From sequence record SRR20825019_719: a DNA stretch of 64,000 nt; one strand, given 5' to 3'. The translations under genes and the position numbers were made by a program. Numbering within the stretch: position 1 is the stretch's first letter; each line of letters begins with the position of its first letter. This document shows positions 49,259 to 62,095 of this stretch, piece by piece. The notes under the pieces were generated by a model. That model saw only the letters and a list, made by a program, of their open reading frames with translations. It was not told the DNA's origin and searched no databases.

Positions 49259-50836
49259 ATGTCCAGTCCCGTTCAAGAAGCTGCCAGTAAGCGGCGCACC
49301 TTCGCAATCATTTCGCATCCCGACGCCGGTAAAACCACGCTGACCGAAAAATTGCTGTATTTCGGCGGTGCGATACAGATGGCGGGTAGCGTCAAATCGC
49401 GCAAAACCGATAAGCACGCGACTTCGGACTGGATGGAAATGGAGAAAGAGCGGGGCATCTCGGTGACCTCGTCGGTGATGCAGTTTCCCTACAACGGCCG
49501 TATCGTCAATCTACTCGATACGCCAGGTCACGCCGACTTCTCCGAAGATACCTACCGGACCCTGACTGCGGTCGACTCAGCACTGATGGTGATTGACAGT
49601 GCCAAGGGTGTTGAGGAACGGACCATTAAACTGATGGAGGTCTGTCGACTGCGTGATACGCCGATTCTGACCTTTATCAACAAGCTGGACCGGGAAGGGC
49701 GCGAGCCGATTGAACTGCTCGATGAAGTGGAAACCATTCTGAATATTCAGTGTGCACCGATTACCTGGCCGATTGGCATGGGTAAGGGGTTCAAGGGCAT
49801 TTTCCACCTGTTGAACGACAGCGTGCACCTGTTCCAGCCCCATACCAAAGACGCCGGTGAAATCATTCAGGGTCTGGATAACCCGCGCCTGGATGAACTG
49901 TTCGGCAACATGGCTGACGATCTGCGAGAGGAAATCGAACTGGTGCGCGGTGCCAGCCACGACTTTGATGTGGATGAATTCCTGGCCGGTAAACTGACGC
50001 CGGTGTTTTTCGGTTCAGCGATGAACAACTTCGGCGTTACCGAATTGATGGATTCCTTTGTCGAGTACGCACCCGCGCCGCAACCGCGGGAAACCAAAAC
50101 GCGTGAAGTGTCAGCCGAAGAAGAAAAATTCAGCGGTTTTGTATTCAAAATCCAGGCGAATATGGATCCCAAACACCGTGACAGGATTGCCTTTATGCGT
50201 GTGTGTTCTGGCAGATACAGCAAAGGCATGAAAATGCTACAGACCCGTATCGGCAAGGATGTGACCATTGCCAATGCGGTGACTTTTATGGCTGCCGAAC
50301 GAGAGCAGGCCGAAGAGGCCTGGCCGGGCGACATTCTGGGGCTGCACAATCACGGCACCATTCAGATCGGCGATACCTTTACCCAGGGAGAGGAGCTGCA
50401 ATTCACCGGTATTCCCTATTTTGCACCGGAACTGTTCCGTCGCGTCCGGCTGAAAGACCCTTTGAAAAACAAGGCTTTACTCAAAGGTCTACAGCAACTC
50501 AGTGAAGAAGGTGCCACTCAGCTATTCCGTCCCATCGATAACAATGATCTGATTCTGGGGGCGGTCGGTGTGCTGCAGTTTGATGTGGTCGTGCATCGGT
50601 TGAAGGGTGAATACAATGTTGAATGTGCTTACGAACCGGTGCAGGTTCATACCGCCCGATGGGTTTACTGTGATGATGAACGCAAGCTGGAAGAATTCAA
50701 AAGAAAAGCCTCTACTAATCTGGCCTACGACGGTTCAGGTAATCTGACTTATATTGCTCCGACACGGGTCAATCTGGACCTGACCATGGAGCGTTGGCCG
50801 GATATCGACTTCCGCGCAACCCGCGAACATCTCTAA
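49259..50836 (+). CDS. prfC: Peptide chain release factor 3
   Basis: [38 protein letters not shown]. Confidence 0.97.
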   Translation: MSSPVQEAASKRRTFAIISHPDAGKTTLTEKLLYFGGAIQMAGSVKSRKTDKHATSDWMEMEKERGISVTSSVMQFPYNGRIVNLLDTPGHADFSEDTYRTLTAVDSALMVIDSAKGVEERTIKLMEVCRLRDTPILTFINKLDREGREPIELLDEVETILNIQCAPITWPIGMGKGFKGIFHLLNDSVHLFQPHTKDAGEIIQGLDNPRLDELFGNMADDLREEIELVRGASHDFDVDEFLAGKLTPVFFGSAMNNFGVTELMDSFVEYAPAPQPRETKTREVSAEEEKFSGFVFKIQANMDPKHRDRIAFMRVCSGRYSKGMKMLQTRIGKDVTIANAVTFMAAEREQAEEAWPGDILGLHNHGTIQIGDTFTQGEELQFTGIPYFAPELFRRVRLKDPLKNKALLKGLQQLSEEGATQLFRPIDNNDLILGAVGVLQFDVVVHRLKGEYNVECAYEPVQVHTARWVYCDDERKLEEFKRKASTNLAYDGSGNLTYIAPTRVNLDLTMERWPDIDFRATREHL

Positions 50837-50938
50837 GCTGTTTTGATGGCCGCCTGAATTAGGGGCGGCGAACACTTGCACTTGTTGATTGAACTCAAGC
50901 AGAATAGCAACAGGCACTCTGCTGAAAGGGACGAACGG

Positions 50939-51397
50939 ATGAAAGTCAGGTCGATCACCAAGAACAAGGGCAAGCCGGTTATTGGCTTATCCCTATCGGA
51001 TTCACTGGACAAGGCCGTGACCTTGATGATGGAACACCGTATCGGCTCCCTGGTCGTGACCGACGACGGTGGTAAACTGGTCGGGATTCTATCCGAGCGC
51101 GATTTGCTCAATATTCTGCATCAGAAACATGCCATGTGGAGTCCGGTCAGCGTTGCCGATGCCATGACGCCCGATCCTTATGTCTGCGAACCGGATAACA
51201 GTCTGGAAGAATGCATGAATATGATGGTCGACCACAACATCCGGCACTTGCCTGTCGTCTTTAAAGGTAAGCTGGAAGGTATGCTGTCGATAACCGATAT
51301 CGTGGAAGAGCTGCTGAATAAAGCCAAGTTTGAAAACAAGCTGCTCAAAAACTATATTCAGAACTGGCCTGATGCCGAGCACGAGCAGGGTGAGTAG
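50939..51397 (+). CDS. CBS-domain protein
   Basis: IGSLVV...GILSERD and IRHLPV...GMLSITD. Confidence 0.88.
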   Translation: MKVRSITKNKGKPVIGLSLSDSLDKAVTLMMEHRIGSLVVTDDGGKLVGILSERDLLNILHQKHAMWSPVSVADAMTPDPYVCEPDNSLEECMNMMVDHNIRHLPVVFKGKLEGMLSITDIVEELLNKAKFENKLLKNYIQNWPDAEHEQGE

Positions 51398-51403
51398 GCG
51401 CGT

Positions 51404-51697
51404 CTAATCGTCGTCCGTCGAGTACTCGCTGGTGCGTTCGGTCTGTAGTTTATTGTCCCGGGCGAAATCCATCAGAAAATCAAACAACATTTCATCTGTT
51501 TGTTCCAGAACTGCATCAATAATCACGCATTTGACACCGTCAATGGAAGCCAGTCTGACATTGGGGTGAAAGATGATTCTTCTGCCCGGACCGTAAGAAG
51601 CCACTGCGCCGCATAAGCGTTCGGCCCAGTCACTGGGCCGGAATTTGCCGCCGTCCTGCGTCAAACCCCGAATAATCAACTTTTCCGATGTGGCCAT
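51404..51697 (-). CDS. DUF3579-family protein
   Basis: IRGLTQDGGKFRPSDWAERLCG, FARDNKL. Confidence 0.78.
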   Translation of the reverse strand: MATSEKLIIRGLTQDGGKFRPSDWAERLCGAVASYGPGRRIIFHPNVRLASIDGVKCVIIDAVLEQTDEMLFDFLMDFARDNKLQTERTSEYSTDDD

Positions 51698-51872
51698 AAA
51701 ATTTCTGCTCGAAAACTCAGACGTTACAAGGCCGATATTCTACTGCAATTCGACTGCCTTGCATAAGCTGGCGCGAACAATAAATCCTTATATCATCAAG
51801 TGATCGCTCAACAGCCTATTAAAAAATCCGTATAATTACCGCTTTTGGTTTTTCGAGAATCACGGGAAGCTT

Positions 51873-54674
51873 GTGGCCGACTACAAACACACACTGAATT
51901 TACCTGCTACCGACTTTCCGATGAAAGCCGGCTTGCCCAACCGCGAACCGCAAACATTGAAGCGCTGGCAGGATATCGATCTCTACAATAAACTGCGCGA
52001 ACAGGCCAAGGGCCGGCCCCAGTTTATTCTTCATGATGGTCCGCCATATGCCAATGGCGACATTCATATCGGCCACGCGGTGAATAAGATTCTTAAGGAC
52101 ATCATTCTCAAGTCCAAGACGCTGAGTGGTTTTGATGCGCCTTATGTGCCCGGCTGGGATTGCCATGGTCTGCCGATTGAACTCAATGTTGAGAAGAAAG
52201 TCGGCAAACCGGGTGTGAAAGTGTCTGCCAAAGAATTCCGCGAAGCCTGCCGTCAGTACGCTGCAAAACAGGTCGACGGTCAGCGCGAAGACTTCAAACG
52301 TCTCGGTGTGTTGGGTGAGTGGGACAATCCTTACCTGACCATGGATTTCAGCTTTGAGGCCGATATCATTCGCACCCTGGGCCAGATCATCAAACAGGGC
52401 CATTTGCATAAAGGTGTCAAGCCGGTGCACTGGTGTGTGGATTGCGGCTCTGCGCTGGCTGAAGCGGAAGTCGAATATGAAGACAAAACCTCACCGGCGA
52501 TTGATGTCCGTTTTGAGGTGATCGAGGCGATGGCATTTGAACAGGCATCCGGTGTGACCGGTGGCGGCCCTGTCAGTATTCCGATCTGGACGACTACACC
52601 CTGGACATTGCCAGCCAACCAGGCTGTCTCACTGAACCCGGAACTGACTTATGTTGTAGTGCAAACCTCGAATGAACGCCTGGTTCTGGCAGAAGCACTC
52701 TATGAAAAAGCCCTTGAGCGTTATCAGCTTACAGGTGAGGTCATTGGCCGCGTCAAAGGGGAACAGTTAGAAGGTTTGTTACTGCAGCATCCATTCTATG
52801 ATCGCCAGGTGCCGGTGATTCTCGGTGATCATGTCACCAGCGATGGTGGTACCGGTGCTGTGCATACTGCGCCGGGCCATGGTCAGGATGACTACACGGT
52901 GGGGCTCAAATACAAGCTGGAAGTGGATAACCCGGTGGGCAGCAACGGCTGTTTCCTACCTGACACGCCTTTGTTTGCCGGTGAGTCAGTCTTTAAGGCC
53001 AACCCGCAGGTCATTGAACTGTTGAAAGAAAAGGGGGCTTTGCTGGCTTATCAGGATCTCCAGCACAGCTATCCGCACTGCTGGCGCCATAAAACGCCGA
53101 TTATTTTCCGTGCCACACCGCAATGGTTTGTCAGCATGGATCAGAACGGCCTGCGCCAGGCAGCAATGAAAGCCATTGCTGATACTGAATGGATGCCGGA
53201 CTGGGGTCAGAAACGAATTGAAGGCATGGTTGAAGGCCGTCCTGACTGGTGTATTTCGCGCCAGCGTACCTGGGGTGTACCCATCCCGCTATTTGTCCAC
53301 AAACAGACGGGTGAATTGCATCCGCAGACTGAGCGCCTGATTGAGCAGGTCGCAAAAACCGTCGAAACCGGTGGCATTGATGCCTGGTTTGATATGGACG
53401 CAGAACAGCTGCTGGCCGGTGATGCGACAGACTACGATAAAGTGACTGACACGCTGGATGTCTGGTTTGATTCCGGTGTCTCGCATGCCTGTGTGCTGGC
53501 GCGCCGCGATTATCTGAATCGTCCTGCCGATCTGTATCTGGAAGGTAGTGACCAGCATCGGGGCTGGTTCCAGTCATCGCTGCTGACATCGGTGGCGACT
53601 ACCAACGCTGCGCCATACAAGGCTGTGTTGACACATGGCTTCACGGTTGATGCGCAAGGCAAGAAGATGTCGAAGTCCAAGGGTAATGTCGTCGCACCGC
53701 AAAAGGTGATGAACAACCTGGGCGCCGATATTATCCGCCTGTGGGTGGCAGCCACTGACTACAGCGGCGAGATGCATGTGTCGGATGAGATCCTGAAGCG
53801 CACAGCGGATTCCTATCGTCGTATCCGCAATACTGCCCGTTTCCTGCTGTCGAATCTGAATGACTTTGATCCAGCCAGGAACCTGGTGGCGAGTGCCGAT
53901 ATGCTGCCACTGGATCGCTGGGCAGTGGATCGTGCCTATCAGGTGCAGCAGGATATTCTCAAAGCTTATGACAACTATCAGTTCCACCTGATTTATCAGA
54001 AAGTCCATAATTTCTGTGCCAATGAGATGGGTAGTCTGTACCTGGATATCACCAAAGACCGCCAGTACACGATGAAAGCTGACAGTCTGGCACGCCGCAG
54101 TTCACAAACAGCGATGTACCACATCATCGAAGCCTTGGTGCGCTGGATTTCACCCATCCTGACCTTTACCGCTGATGAACTGTGGGGATGTCTGCCGGGT
54201 GAACGGAATGAGTCGGTAATTCTGAATAGCTGGTATCAGCAACTGGCACCGATGGATGAAGACTCAGGTTTTGATCTGACTTTCTGGAACCAGGTGTTTG
54301 CCGTTCGTGATGCCGTGGCCAAGGAACTGGAAAATCAGCGTAACGCCGGTCATATTAAAGGCGGCCTGACCGCGGAACTGACCCTGTTTGCTGATGAAAC
54401 CCTCTTCAGCAAGCTGAACCGGCTGGGCGATGAGCTCAAATTTGTACTGATTACCTCAGCAGCTTTCCTCAAGCCCGCTACGGATAAGACGGCTGATGCG
54501 GTTGAGACCAGTGTGCCGGGATTATCTGTAGAGATCGCAGCTTCCTCACATGCACGCTGTGATCGTTGCTGGCACCAGGTGCCATCGGTAGGCCAGAACC
54601 CGGATCATCCTGAGCTTTGCGGTCGTTGTGTCGACAATATTGAAGGGGCTGGCGAACAGCGCCAGTTTGCCTGA
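51873..54674 (+). CDS. ileS: Isoleucine-tRNA ligase
   Basis: HIGH and KMSKS motifs, C-terminal zinc finger. Confidence 0.97.
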   Translation: MADYKHTLNLPATDFPMKAGLPNREPQTLKRWQDIDLYNKLREQAKGRPQFILHDGPPYANGDIHIGHAVNKILKDIILKSKTLSGFDAPYVPGWDCHGLPIELNVEKKVGKPGVKVSAKEFREACRQYAAKQVDGQREDFKRLGVLGEWDNPYLTMDFSFEADIIRTLGQIIKQGHLHKGVKPVHWCVDCGSALAEAEVEYEDKTSPAIDVRFEVIEAMAFEQASGVTGGGPVSIPIWTTTPWTLPANQAVSLNPELTYVVVQTSNERLVLAEALYEKALERYQLTGEVIGRVKGEQLEGLLLQHPFYDRQVPVILGDHVTSDGGTGAVHTAPGHGQDDYTVGLKYKLEVDNPVGSNGCFLPDTPLFAGESVFKANPQVIELLKEKGALLAYQDLQHSYPHCWRHKTPIIFRATPQWFVSMDQNGLRQAAMKAIADTEWMPDWGQKRIEGMVEGRPDWCISRQRTWGVPIPLFVHKQTGELHPQTERLIEQVAKTVETGGIDAWFDMDAEQLLAGDATDYDKVTDTLDVWFDSGVSHACVLARRDYLNRPADLYLEGSDQHRGWFQSSLLTSVATTNAAPYKAVLTHGFTVDAQGKKMSKSKGNVVAPQKVMNNLGADIIRLWVAATDYSGEMHVSDEILKRTADSYRRIRNTARFLLSNLNDFDPARNLVASADMLPLDRWAVDRAYQVQQDILKAYDNYQFHLIYQKVHNFCANEMGSLYLDITKDRQYTMKADSLARRSSQTAMYHIIEALVRWISPILTFTADELWGCLPGERNESVILNSWYQQLAPMDEDSGFDLTFWNQVFAVRDAVAKELENQRNAGHIKGGLTAELTLFADETLFSKLNRLGDELKFVLITSAAFLKPATDKTADAVETSVPGLSVEIAASSHARCDRCWHQVPSVGQNPDHPELCGRCVDNIEGAGEQRQFA

Positions 54675-54678
54675 CACC

Positions 54679-55146
54679 ATGTTGAAATGGCTTAATCTGT
54701 CTGCTGTTGTCATCGTGCTGGATCAGATCAGCAAATGGCTGATGATGAACTGGCTGGATCTGCATGAGACGGTTGCTGTCCTGCCGTCTTTCAACCTGAC
54801 GCTGGCACATAATTACGGTGCAGCTTTCAGCTTTCTGGCTTCAGCCGGCGGCTGGCAGCGCTGGTTTTTTGTGGTGCTGGCTCTGGCCATCAGCACGGCA
54901 CTGATCATCTGGCTCAAACGTCTCGGTGCTTATGCCAAGCTTGAGGCTGCTTCGCTGGCTTTGATTCTGGGCGGTGCGATTGGTAACGTGATTGACCGGC
55001 TGATTCATGGTTATGTGATCGACTTTCTTGATGTCTACTATGGCAGTTATCACTGGCCGGCCTTTAATATCGCTGACTCAGCGATATGTGTCGGTGCAGT
55101 CCTGCTGATCTTTGACAGCTTCAGAAGCAAAACGGAGCCCCAATGA
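54679..55146 (+). CDS. lspA: Lipoprotein signal peptidase
   Basis: NYGAAFS, GNVIDR, VIDF, FNIAD. Confidence 0.95.
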   Translation: MLKWLNLSAVVIVLDQISKWLMMNWLDLHETVAVLPSFNLTLAHNYGAAFSFLASAGGWQRWFFVVLALAISTALIIWLKRLGAYAKLEAASLALILGGAIGNVIDRLIHGYVIDFLDVYYGSYHWPAFNIADSAICVGAVLLIFDSFRSKTEPQ

Positions 55147-56237
55147 GCTTTTGTGATCTCGCAGTCAGCGGCGTCGCCGAGCTGCAACCGTATGTTCCGG
55201 GTAAACCCATCGAAGAATTGCAGCGCCAGTATGGTGTGCGTGATGTTATCAAGCTGGCCTCCAATGAGAACCCGCTGGGCCCGTCTAAAGCTGCACTGGC
55301 TGCAGTCGCCAAATCTGCTAAAGAGATGACGCGTTACCCTGATGGTAATGGTTACACTTTGAAAATGGCGCTGGCGGAAAAACTGCGTCTGTCGCCTGAG
55401 CAAATCACGCTGGGTAACGGTTCCAATGATGTACTGGAACTATTGGCAAGGGCTTTTGCCGGGCACGGTGACGAAGTCATTTATTCCGAACACGCATTCG
55501 CGGTCTACCCGCTGGCGGTCAAGGCGATTGGCGCGACCGGTATCGCCACCCCGGCGAGCGACTATGGCCATGATCTTAACGCGATGCAGAAGGCGATTTC
55601 GCCGCGCACCAAACTGATTTTTATTGCCAATCCCAATAATCCGACCGGTACCTGGATCGAGCCCGGAGAAATCCAGGCGTTTCTGGAGAAAGTACCGGAA
55701 AAAGTACTGGTGGTGCTTGACGAAGCTTACGTTGAGTATCTCGATCAGACCGAGAATTCGGTCAACTGGTTACAGAATTTCGATAACCTCATCATCACAC
55801 GTACCTTTTCAAAGGCATACGGGCTTGCCGGATTGCGGATTGGTTATGCTTTGTCACATCCGGAAATTGCCGATCTGCTGAACCGTATCCGCCAGCCATT
55901 TAATGCCAATAGCCTGGCCCAGGCGGCGGCAGTAGCCGCGCTGGGTGACGAAGCGTATTTGCAGGAATCCCGGCAGGTCAATGAGGCCGGCATGAAACAA
56001 CTCACTGCCGGTTTCGAGAGAATGGGACTGAAATTTATTCCGTCCAAGGGCAATTTCATTACGGTTAATGTGCATACCAATGCGGCTGAGGTTTATGACG
56101 AACTGCTCTATGAGGGGGTTATTGTCAGGCCGGTAGCGGGCTATGGTTTGCCTCAGCATCTGCGCGTCAGCATTGGTCTTGCTGAAGAAAACCAGCGTTT
56201 CCTGGATGCCTTATCCAAAGTATTGGGGCGCGGCTGA
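55143..56237 (+). CDS. hisC: Histidinol-phosphate aminotransferase
   Basis: KLASNENP, NPNNPTG, RTFSKAYGLAGLRIG. Confidence 0.93.
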   Translation: MSFCDLAVSGVAELQPYVPGKPIEELQRQYGVRDVIKLASNENPLGPSKAALAAVAKSAKEMTRYPDGNGYTLKMALAEKLRLSPEQITLGNGSNDVLELLARAFAGHGDEVIYSEHAFAVYPLAVKAIGATGIATPASDYGHDLNAMQKAISPRTKLIFIANPNNPTGTWIEPGEIQAFLEKVPEKVLVVLDEAYVEYLDQTENSVNWLQNFDNLIITRTFSKAYGLAGLRIGYALSHPEIADLLNRIRQPFNANSLAQAAAVAALGDEAYLQESRQVNEAGMKQLTAGFERMGLKFIPSKGNFITVNVHTNAAEVYDELLYEGVIVRPVAGYGLPQHLRVSIGLAEENQRFLDALSKVLGRG

Positions 56238-57124
56238 TGATTAATCGATTGGCGATTATCGGTGTCGGACTGATTGGCGGTTCGCTGTCCCTGGCACTGA
56301 AAAAGAAGGGCGCCGTCAATGAAGTGGTCGGTTATGCCCGTAGTGAAGAAGCGAGGAGTCAGGCACTGGAGTTAGGGATTATCGACCAGGCAGCTGGCTC
56401 TCTCGCCGAAGCCGTCGCTAGTGCCGATATGATCTTTGTTGCAGTGCCTATGGGCGCGATGGCTGAAGTGTTTGACGGTATTGCCGAGCATCTGAATCCT
56501 GAAGCCATCATTACCGATGGCGGCAGTGCCAAGTCTCAGGTTGTAGACGCTGCCAGGCAGGCTTTGGGAGATAAGTTTCGCCAGTTTGTGCCGGGTCACC
56601 CGATAGCGGGCACTGAAAAAAGCGGACCTTCCGCCGCCTTTGCCGAACTGTATCAGGATCACCGGGTTGTATTGACCCCGGTGGCTGATACCGATTCTGC
56701 CGCGACCGCCAGGGTGAAAGCAATGTGGCAACTGACTGGTGCGGAAGTATTTGAAATGGACCTCGCGCATCATGACACCGTGCTGGCGGCAACCAGCCAC
56801 TTACCGCATGTATTGGCGTTTAATCTGGTCGGCATGCTGGCCGAGCGTGATGATTGCGATGATGTGCTGCGTTACGCCGCCGGCGGCTTCCGTGATTTTT
56901 CCCGGATTGCATCCAGCGATGCGGTGATGTGGCGCGATATCTGTCTGGGCAACCGCGAAGCAATACTGGCGTTGCTGGAACAATATCATCAGGGCATGAG
57001 CCGGATTGAAAAAGCGATTCGTGACGGCGACGGTGCTTACCTGATGGAAGTTTTTGCACGTGCCAAAAAAGCCCGTGATAGCCGTTTTGCCGATCCTGAT
57101 TTAATTGATAACAGCGAAGTCTGA
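56237..57124 (+). CDS. tyrA: Prephenate/arogenate dehydrogenase
   Basis: GVGLIGGS, HPIAGTE, HD...SHLPH, FRDFSRIA. Confidence 0.9.
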   Translation: MINRLAIIGVGLIGGSLSLALKKKGAVNEVVGYARSEEARSQALELGIIDQAAGSLAEAVASADMIFVAVPMGAMAEVFDGIAEHLNPEAIITDGGSAKSQVVDAARQALGDKFRQFVPGHPIAGTEKSGPSAAFAELYQDHRVVLTPVADTDSAATARVKAMWQLTGAEVFEMDLAHHDTVLAATSHLPHVLAFNLVGMLAERDDCDDVLRYAAGGFRDFSRIASSDAVMWRDICLGNREAILALLEQYHQGMSRIEKAIRDGDGAYLMEVFARAKKARDSRFADPDLIDNSEV

Positions 57125-57138
57125 GAGCACAAGCGACC

Positions 57139-58458
57139 GTGTCTAGCGAAAACAACAAAAAATACATCGTCCATCCGGGCGGCATGATCAGTGGCGAACT
57201 GCGCGTGCCCGGCGACAAATCGATTTCTCATCGCAGTATTATGCTGGGTGCACTGGCTGAAGGCACCACAGAAATCACAGGCTTTCTTGAAGGTGAAGAT
57301 GCGTTGGCTACACTGGCTGCGTTCCGTGCGATGGGGGTACATATTATCGGCCCGGATAAAGGCAGGGTCACCATTCATGGTGTTGGCATGCATGGGCTCA
57401 AAGCCCCGGATAAGGATCTCTATCTGGGCAACAGCGGCACTTCGATGCGACTGTTGAGCGGTTTACTGTCAGCACAAAGCTTCGATGTGACGCTGACCGG
57501 CGATAAATCGCTTTCAGGTAGACCGATGAAACGGGTAACTGATCCGCTGGCGTTGATGGGTGCTGAAATCGAGACTAACGAGGGTAAACCACCCCTGAAA
57601 ATTCATGGTGGCAGACCATTGAAAGGGATCGTTTACGATTTGCCGATGGCCAGTGCTCAAGTCAAATCCTGTCTGCTATTGGCTGGCATGTACGCACAAG
57701 GTAAAACGTCGGTTACTGAGCCGGCACCCACCCGCGATCATACTGAACGCATGCTCGGCGGCATGGGCTATCCACTGCAACAACAGGATAGTAGGGTCAC
57801 TATCCAGGGCGGCGGCAAACTGACCGCAACGGATATCGATGTGCCTGCCGATATTTCTTCCGCGACATTTTTCATGGTGGCTGCCGCGATTGCACCGGGC
57901 AGTGATGTGACGCTCAAACATGTCGGCATTAATCCGACCCGGACTGGCGTGATTAATATTCTCAAGTTGATGGGCGCCGATATCACCTTGATGAATGAAG
58001 CTGAAACCGGCGGCGAACCGGTGGCTGATATCCGCGTGAGGTATGCGCCACTTAAAGGCATTCAGATTCCGGAACAGCAGGTACCGCTGGCGATTGATGA
58101 GTTTCCGGCATTGTTCATTGCCGCTGCCTGTGCCGACGGTCAGACCGTACTGACCGGGGCTGAAGAATTACGGGTCAAGGAAAGTGATCGTATTCAGGTC
58201 ATGGCAGACGGTTTAAAAACGCTGGGCATAGATGCTGAGCCTACCGAAGACGGTATCGTGATCAATGGCGGCATTATTGGCAGCGGCGAAGTGGACAGCC
58301 ACGGTGACCATCGTATTGCCATGTCATTTGCGGTTGCAGCTTTGCAGGCAGGCAGCTCAATTCAGATCAATGACTGTGCCAATGTGGCAACTTCCTTCCC
58401 GGGGTTTGTCGAGTTGGCGATTGAGGCTGGACTCAATATCGAGGTGATCGATGAGTGA
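57139..58458 (+). CDS. aroA: EPSP synthase
   Basis: [28 protein letters not shown]. Confidence 0.96.
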   Translation: MSSENNKKYIVHPGGMISGELRVPGDKSISHRSIMLGALAEGTTEITGFLEGEDALATLAAFRAMGVHIIGPDKGRVTIHGVGMHGLKAPDKDLYLGNSGTSMRLLSGLLSAQSFDVTLTGDKSLSGRPMKRVTDPLALMGAEIETNEGKPPLKIHGGRPLKGIVYDLPMASAQVKSCLLLAGMYAQGKTSVTEPAPTRDHTERMLGGMGYPLQQQDSRVTIQGGGKLTATDIDVPADISSATFFMVAAAIAPGSDVTLKHVGINPTRTGVINILKLMGADITLMNEAETGGEPVADIRVRYAPLKGIQIPEQQVPLAIDEFPALFIAAACADGQTVLTGAEELRVKESDRIQVMADGLKTLGIDAEPTEDGIVINGGIIGSGEVDSHGDHRIAMSFAVAALQAGSSIQINDCANVATSFPGFVELAIEAGLNIEVIDE

Positions 58459-59119
58459 TATCCCGGTTCTGACGATTGATGGTCCCAGTGGCTCCGGCAA
58501 GGGCACTATCGCGCAGATGATTGCCCGCGAGTTCGGCTGGCATTACCTCGACAGCGGGGCTATTTACCGGGTGTTGGCGCAGGCGGCAATGAAACATGAA
58601 CTGGATTTGGCTGATGAAACTGCGCTGACCAGACTGGCGGAAAAGCTGGATGTGCGCTTTGCTTTTGATAATGCAGAACTCAAAGTGATGCTGGAAGATG
58701 AGGATGTGAGTCTGCGGATCCGGAGTGAGGAAGCGGGTAACGCGGCTTCAAAAGTGGCAGCGATTCCTTCGGTTCGCAGCGCTTTGTTGCAGCGACAGCG
58801 CGATTTCAGGAAAATGCCCGGTCTGGTGACCGATGGTCGTGATATGGGTACCGTGGTGTTTGCGGATGCCCCATTTAAAGTTTTTTTAACGGCAAGCGCT
58901 GAGGAAAGGGCGCAAAGACGTTATAAGCAGTTGAAACAGAAAGGAATTGAGAGTAACCTTTCCGATCTGATCGCAGAAATCTCCGAGCGTGACAGACGAG
59001 ACAGTGAACGCGAAGTCGCCCCGCTGAGGCCGGCTGAAGGTGCGCTTATCCTTGATTCTACTGAACTCGGGATTGAAGCGGTATTCGAACAAGTCAGCGC
59101 ATTTTGCACTGACGGGTGA
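58451..59119 (+). CDS. cmk: Cytidylate kinase
   Basis: [25 protein letters not shown]. Confidence 0.96.
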   Translation: MSDIPVLTIDGPSGSGKGTIAQMIAREFGWHYLDSGAIYRVLAQAAMKHELDLADETALTRLAEKLDVRFAFDNAELKVMLEDEDVSLRIRSEEAGNAASKVAAIPSVRSALLQRQRDFRKMPGLVTDGRDMGTVVFADAPFKVFLTASAEERAQRRYKQLKQKGIESNLSDLIAEISERDRRDSEREVAPLRPAEGALILDSTELGIEAVFEQVSAFCTDG

Positions 59120-59126
59120 TTGAGGC

Positions 59127-59216
59127 CCCGGTCGGCCATGCCGATTGGGATTTTTAACGATCCTGCATGTCGCAGGTGATAACTAATGGTGATCTTGTTA
59201 TCTCTAAGCAAGGTCA
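59127..59216 (+). promoter_or_regulatory. Structured rpsA leader (three hairpins)
   Basis: CCCGGTCGGC/GCCGATTGGG, CCTGC/GCAGG, TGATCTTG/CAAGGTCA in succession. Confidence 0.45.
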
Positions 59217-59228
59217 AGGATAACTAAC

Positions 59229-60902
59229 ATGAGCGAAAGCTTTGCTGATCTCTTTGAAGAGAGTTTAAATTCAACTCCCATGCAACCAGGCAAGATTGTT
59301 ACCGGTACGGTAGTCAATGTGGGCCCTGATGTTGTTATGGTTAATGCCGGCCTGAAATCTGAAGGCGCGATTCCAGTCTCTGAATTCATGAATGAAAATG
59401 GTGAAGTCACCGTTTCTATCGGTGATTTGGTCGATGTCTCGCTGGAATCCCTGGAAGATGGTTTCGGTGCCACTCACCTCTCGCGTGAGAAGGCCAAACA
59501 GGCCGAAGCATGGACCAAACTGGAACATGCCTATGAAGCGGGTGAGACCGTGACAGGTATGATTTCCGGCAAGGTGAAAGGTGGTTTCACTGTTGATCTG
59601 GAAAATATCCGTGCGTTCCTGCCGGGTTCTCTGGTCGATATTCGTCCTATCCGTGATACTTCCCACCTGGAAGGTAAAGATCTCGAATTCAAATTGATCA
59701 AACTGGATCGCCCGCGCAACAACATCGTTGTGTCACGCCGTGCGATTATGGAAGAAGAAAACAGTGCAGAACGTGAAGCGCTGCTGGAAACCCTGGAAGA
59801 AGGTAAAGTTGTTAAAGGTATCGTTAAGAACCTGACAGATTACGGTGCCTTCGTTGATCTGGGCGGCATCGATGGTCTGCTGCACATCACTGATATGGCA
59901 TGGAAACGTGTTAAACACCCATCTGAAGTGGTTGCCATCGGTGATGAAATTGAAGTTCAGGTTCTGAAATTTGATAAAGAACGTGAGCGTGTTTCTCTGG
60001 GTCTGAAACAAATGGGCGACGATCCTTGGAAAGATATCGCACGCCGTTATCCAAACAGCACCCGTATTCAAGGCAAAGTCACCAATATTGCTGATTATGG
60101 CTGCTTCGTTGAAATCGAAGACGGTGTTGAAGGCCTGGTTCACATGTCTGAAATGGACTGGACCAACAAGAACGTTCACCCATCCAAGCTGGTTTCTCTG
60201 GGTGATGAAGTGGAAGTCATGGTGCTGGATATAGACGCTGAACGTCGTCGTATTTCACTGGGTATCAAGCAATGCCAGTCTAATCCTTGGGAAGAGTTCG
60301 CAATGACTCACAACAAGGGTGACAAGGTGAAAGGTGGCATCAAGTCAATCACTGACTTCGGGATCTTCATCGGTCTGGAAGGCGGTATTGACGGTCTGAT
60401 TCACCTGTCCGATATCTCCTGGGAAGAAGACAACGAAGAACTGATTCGTGACTTCAAGAAAGGTGATGACGTTGAAGCCGTTGTCCTGGCAATTGACCCT
60501 GAACGTGAGCGTATCTCACTGGGTATCAAACAATTGCAGGATGATCCATTCTCTTCATTCCTGTCTGAAAACCCTCGCGGCACTATCGTTACAGGTACCA
60601 TCACTGCCGTTGATGCACGTGGCGCCACTGTCGAACTGGCTGAAGGTGTAGAAGGTTACATCCGTGCCGCTGATATTGCGCGTGAGCGTATTGATGATGC
60701 CAGCAAGGTCCTGACTGTAGGCGAACAAGTCGAAGCGAAATTTACTGGTATGTCACGTAAAGATCGCACCCTGACCCTGTCTATCAGAGCCAAGGACGAG
60801 AAAGAAGAGGCGGAAGCTGTCAAAGAGTACAGCAACGTCAATTCAGGCAACACCACACTGGGTGATCTGCTGAAAGAGCAAATGGATCAGAAAGATAGTT
60901 AA
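59229..60902 (+). CDS. rpsA: 30S ribosomal protein S1
   Basis: Multiple S1 domains ([18 protein letters not shown]). Confidence 0.98.
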   Translation: MSESFADLFEESLNSTPMQPGKIVTGTVVNVGPDVVMVNAGLKSEGAIPVSEFMNENGEVTVSIGDLVDVSLESLEDGFGATHLSREKAKQAEAWTKLEHAYEAGETVTGMISGKVKGGFTVDLENIRAFLPGSLVDIRPIRDTSHLEGKDLEFKLIKLDRPRNNIVVSRRAIMEEENSAEREALLETLEEGKVVKGIVKNLTDYGAFVDLGGIDGLLHITDMAWKRVKHPSEVVAIGDEIEVQVLKFDKERERVSLGLKQMGDDPWKDIARRYPNSTRIQGKVTNIADYGCFVEIEDGVEGLVHMSEMDWTNKNVHPSKLVSLGDEVEVMVLDIDAERRRISLGIKQCQSNPWEEFAMTHNKGDKVKGGIKSITDFGIFIGLEGGIDGLIHLSDISWEEDNEELIRDFKKGDDVEAVVLAIDPERERISLGIKQLQDDPFSSFLSENPRGTIVTGTITAVDARGATVELAEGVEGYIRAADIARERIDDASKVLTVGEQVEAKFTGMSRKDRTLTLSIRAKDEKEEAEAVKEYSNVNSGNTTLGDLLKEQMDQKDS

Positions 60903-60918
60903 TATCTGACTGCATCAG

Positions 60919-60952
60919 GTGCACCCGGCTCCGGCCGGGTGTGCTGCTTTTT
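60919..60952 (+). terminator. Putative terminator after rpsA
   Basis: GCACCCGGC-TCCG-GCCGGGTGT then GCTGCTTTTT. Confidence 0.6.
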
Positions 60953-61017
60953 AGTCAAAGGATTTATACCATTCTTAACATCGGTGTTTGGCGCATTATT
61001 CCAGGAACAATAAAGAC

Positions 61018-61308
61018 ATGACCAAATCAGATTTGATCGAAGCATTATCTGAAAAACAATCTCTACTGAATTATCGCGATGTTGAGCTGGCCGTAAAATT
61101 GATTCTCGAACAAATGAGTGACAGCCTTTCACAGGGCGACCGCATCGAGATTCGCGGTTTTGGAAGTTTTACACTGCATCACAGACCACCTCGTGTTGGT
61201 CGTAATCCTAAAAGTGGTGAATCAGTAAAGCTGGACGAAAAGTATGTTCCGCACTTTAAACCTGGCAAGGAGCTCCGTGACCGTGTTAATGATGCGGCCG
61301 GCTACTAA
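61018..61308 (+). CDS. ihfB: Integration host factor beta
   Basis: [34 protein letters not shown]. Confidence 0.96.
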   Translation: MTKSDLIEALSEKQSLLNYRDVELAVKLILEQMSDSLSQGDRIEIRGFGSFTLHHRPPRVGRNPKSGESVKLDEKYVPHFKPGKELRDRVNDAAGY

Positions 61309-61317
61309 ACTCAGACA

Positions 61318-61713
61318 ATGAAACTGAGCCAGGAAGCGGTTACTGAATATAACCAAATCCACAGTTATGATAATGACCATGTGGTCATTCGTCCCCAACA
61401 TCAAAACCGGCTTGAAACCATCAAGTCGAACTTCATTCTGACCCGGAACCAGCTCATCGTTGACTGGCCGGTGACGGATATTATCAATATCACGGCCGCA
61501 CAACTGGCCGAACTCCAGCGACTGGATCCGGAAGTTATTCTGTTTGCGACCGGGTCCGGTCTCTGTTTTGAATTCCAAAAAATAGCCAATCATTTTATGT
61601 CGTCGCAGATCGGTGTCGAGTTTATGGATATCGGTGCCGCATGCCGTACATTCAACCTGCTTGTGAGCGAACAACGCAAGGTGCTGCTGGCCGTCAGTCT
61701 TGACGGGCTGTGA
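61318..61713 (+). CDS. Mth938-like (DUF498) protein
   Basis: PEVILFATG, GVEFMDIGAACRTFNLLVSE.R. Confidence 0.85.
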   Translation: MKLSQEAVTEYNQIHSYDNDHVVIRPQHQNRLETIKSNFILTRNQLIVDWPVTDIINITAAQLAELQRLDPEVILFATGSGLCFEFQKIANHFMSSQIGVEFMDIGAACRTFNLLVSEQRKVLLAVSLDGL

Positions 61714-61937
61714 TCCGCTTCGCACTTCGTCCGCAACATGGCTTAAAACGACAATAGGATTCATTGATTTTTTCTTAAGCGATGCAGCTAAGTCACTGTT
61801 TTATTTGGTGCCTAAGAATTGGGTGCAACGCCTTGAGATGGTCAGAACTTGACCACCCAGATGGTTCTTAGGAAAATTCCCGGTTACGCAGAATAAATAA
61901 AGCATTTGCCATACCTGAGTCGGCATTTAACAAATCA

Positions 61938-61951
61938 TTGATCCAGATCAA
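61938..61951. promoter_or_regulatory. FNR/ANR box upstream of ccoN
   Basis: Perfect TTGAT-CCAG-ATCAA. Confidence 0.88.
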
Positions 61952-62095
61952 TGGATCTTGTCCATGAAAAAGTACGCGTTCAGGTAAAATTCAGCATGCT
62001 TTATTTATAAAGGCGTAATGAAAAGGGTCCTGGCTCCAAAAATATTAATAATGGAGCCGAGAGAGAGTTTTCCAAAGAGAGAAGGTGTGGTCGCT

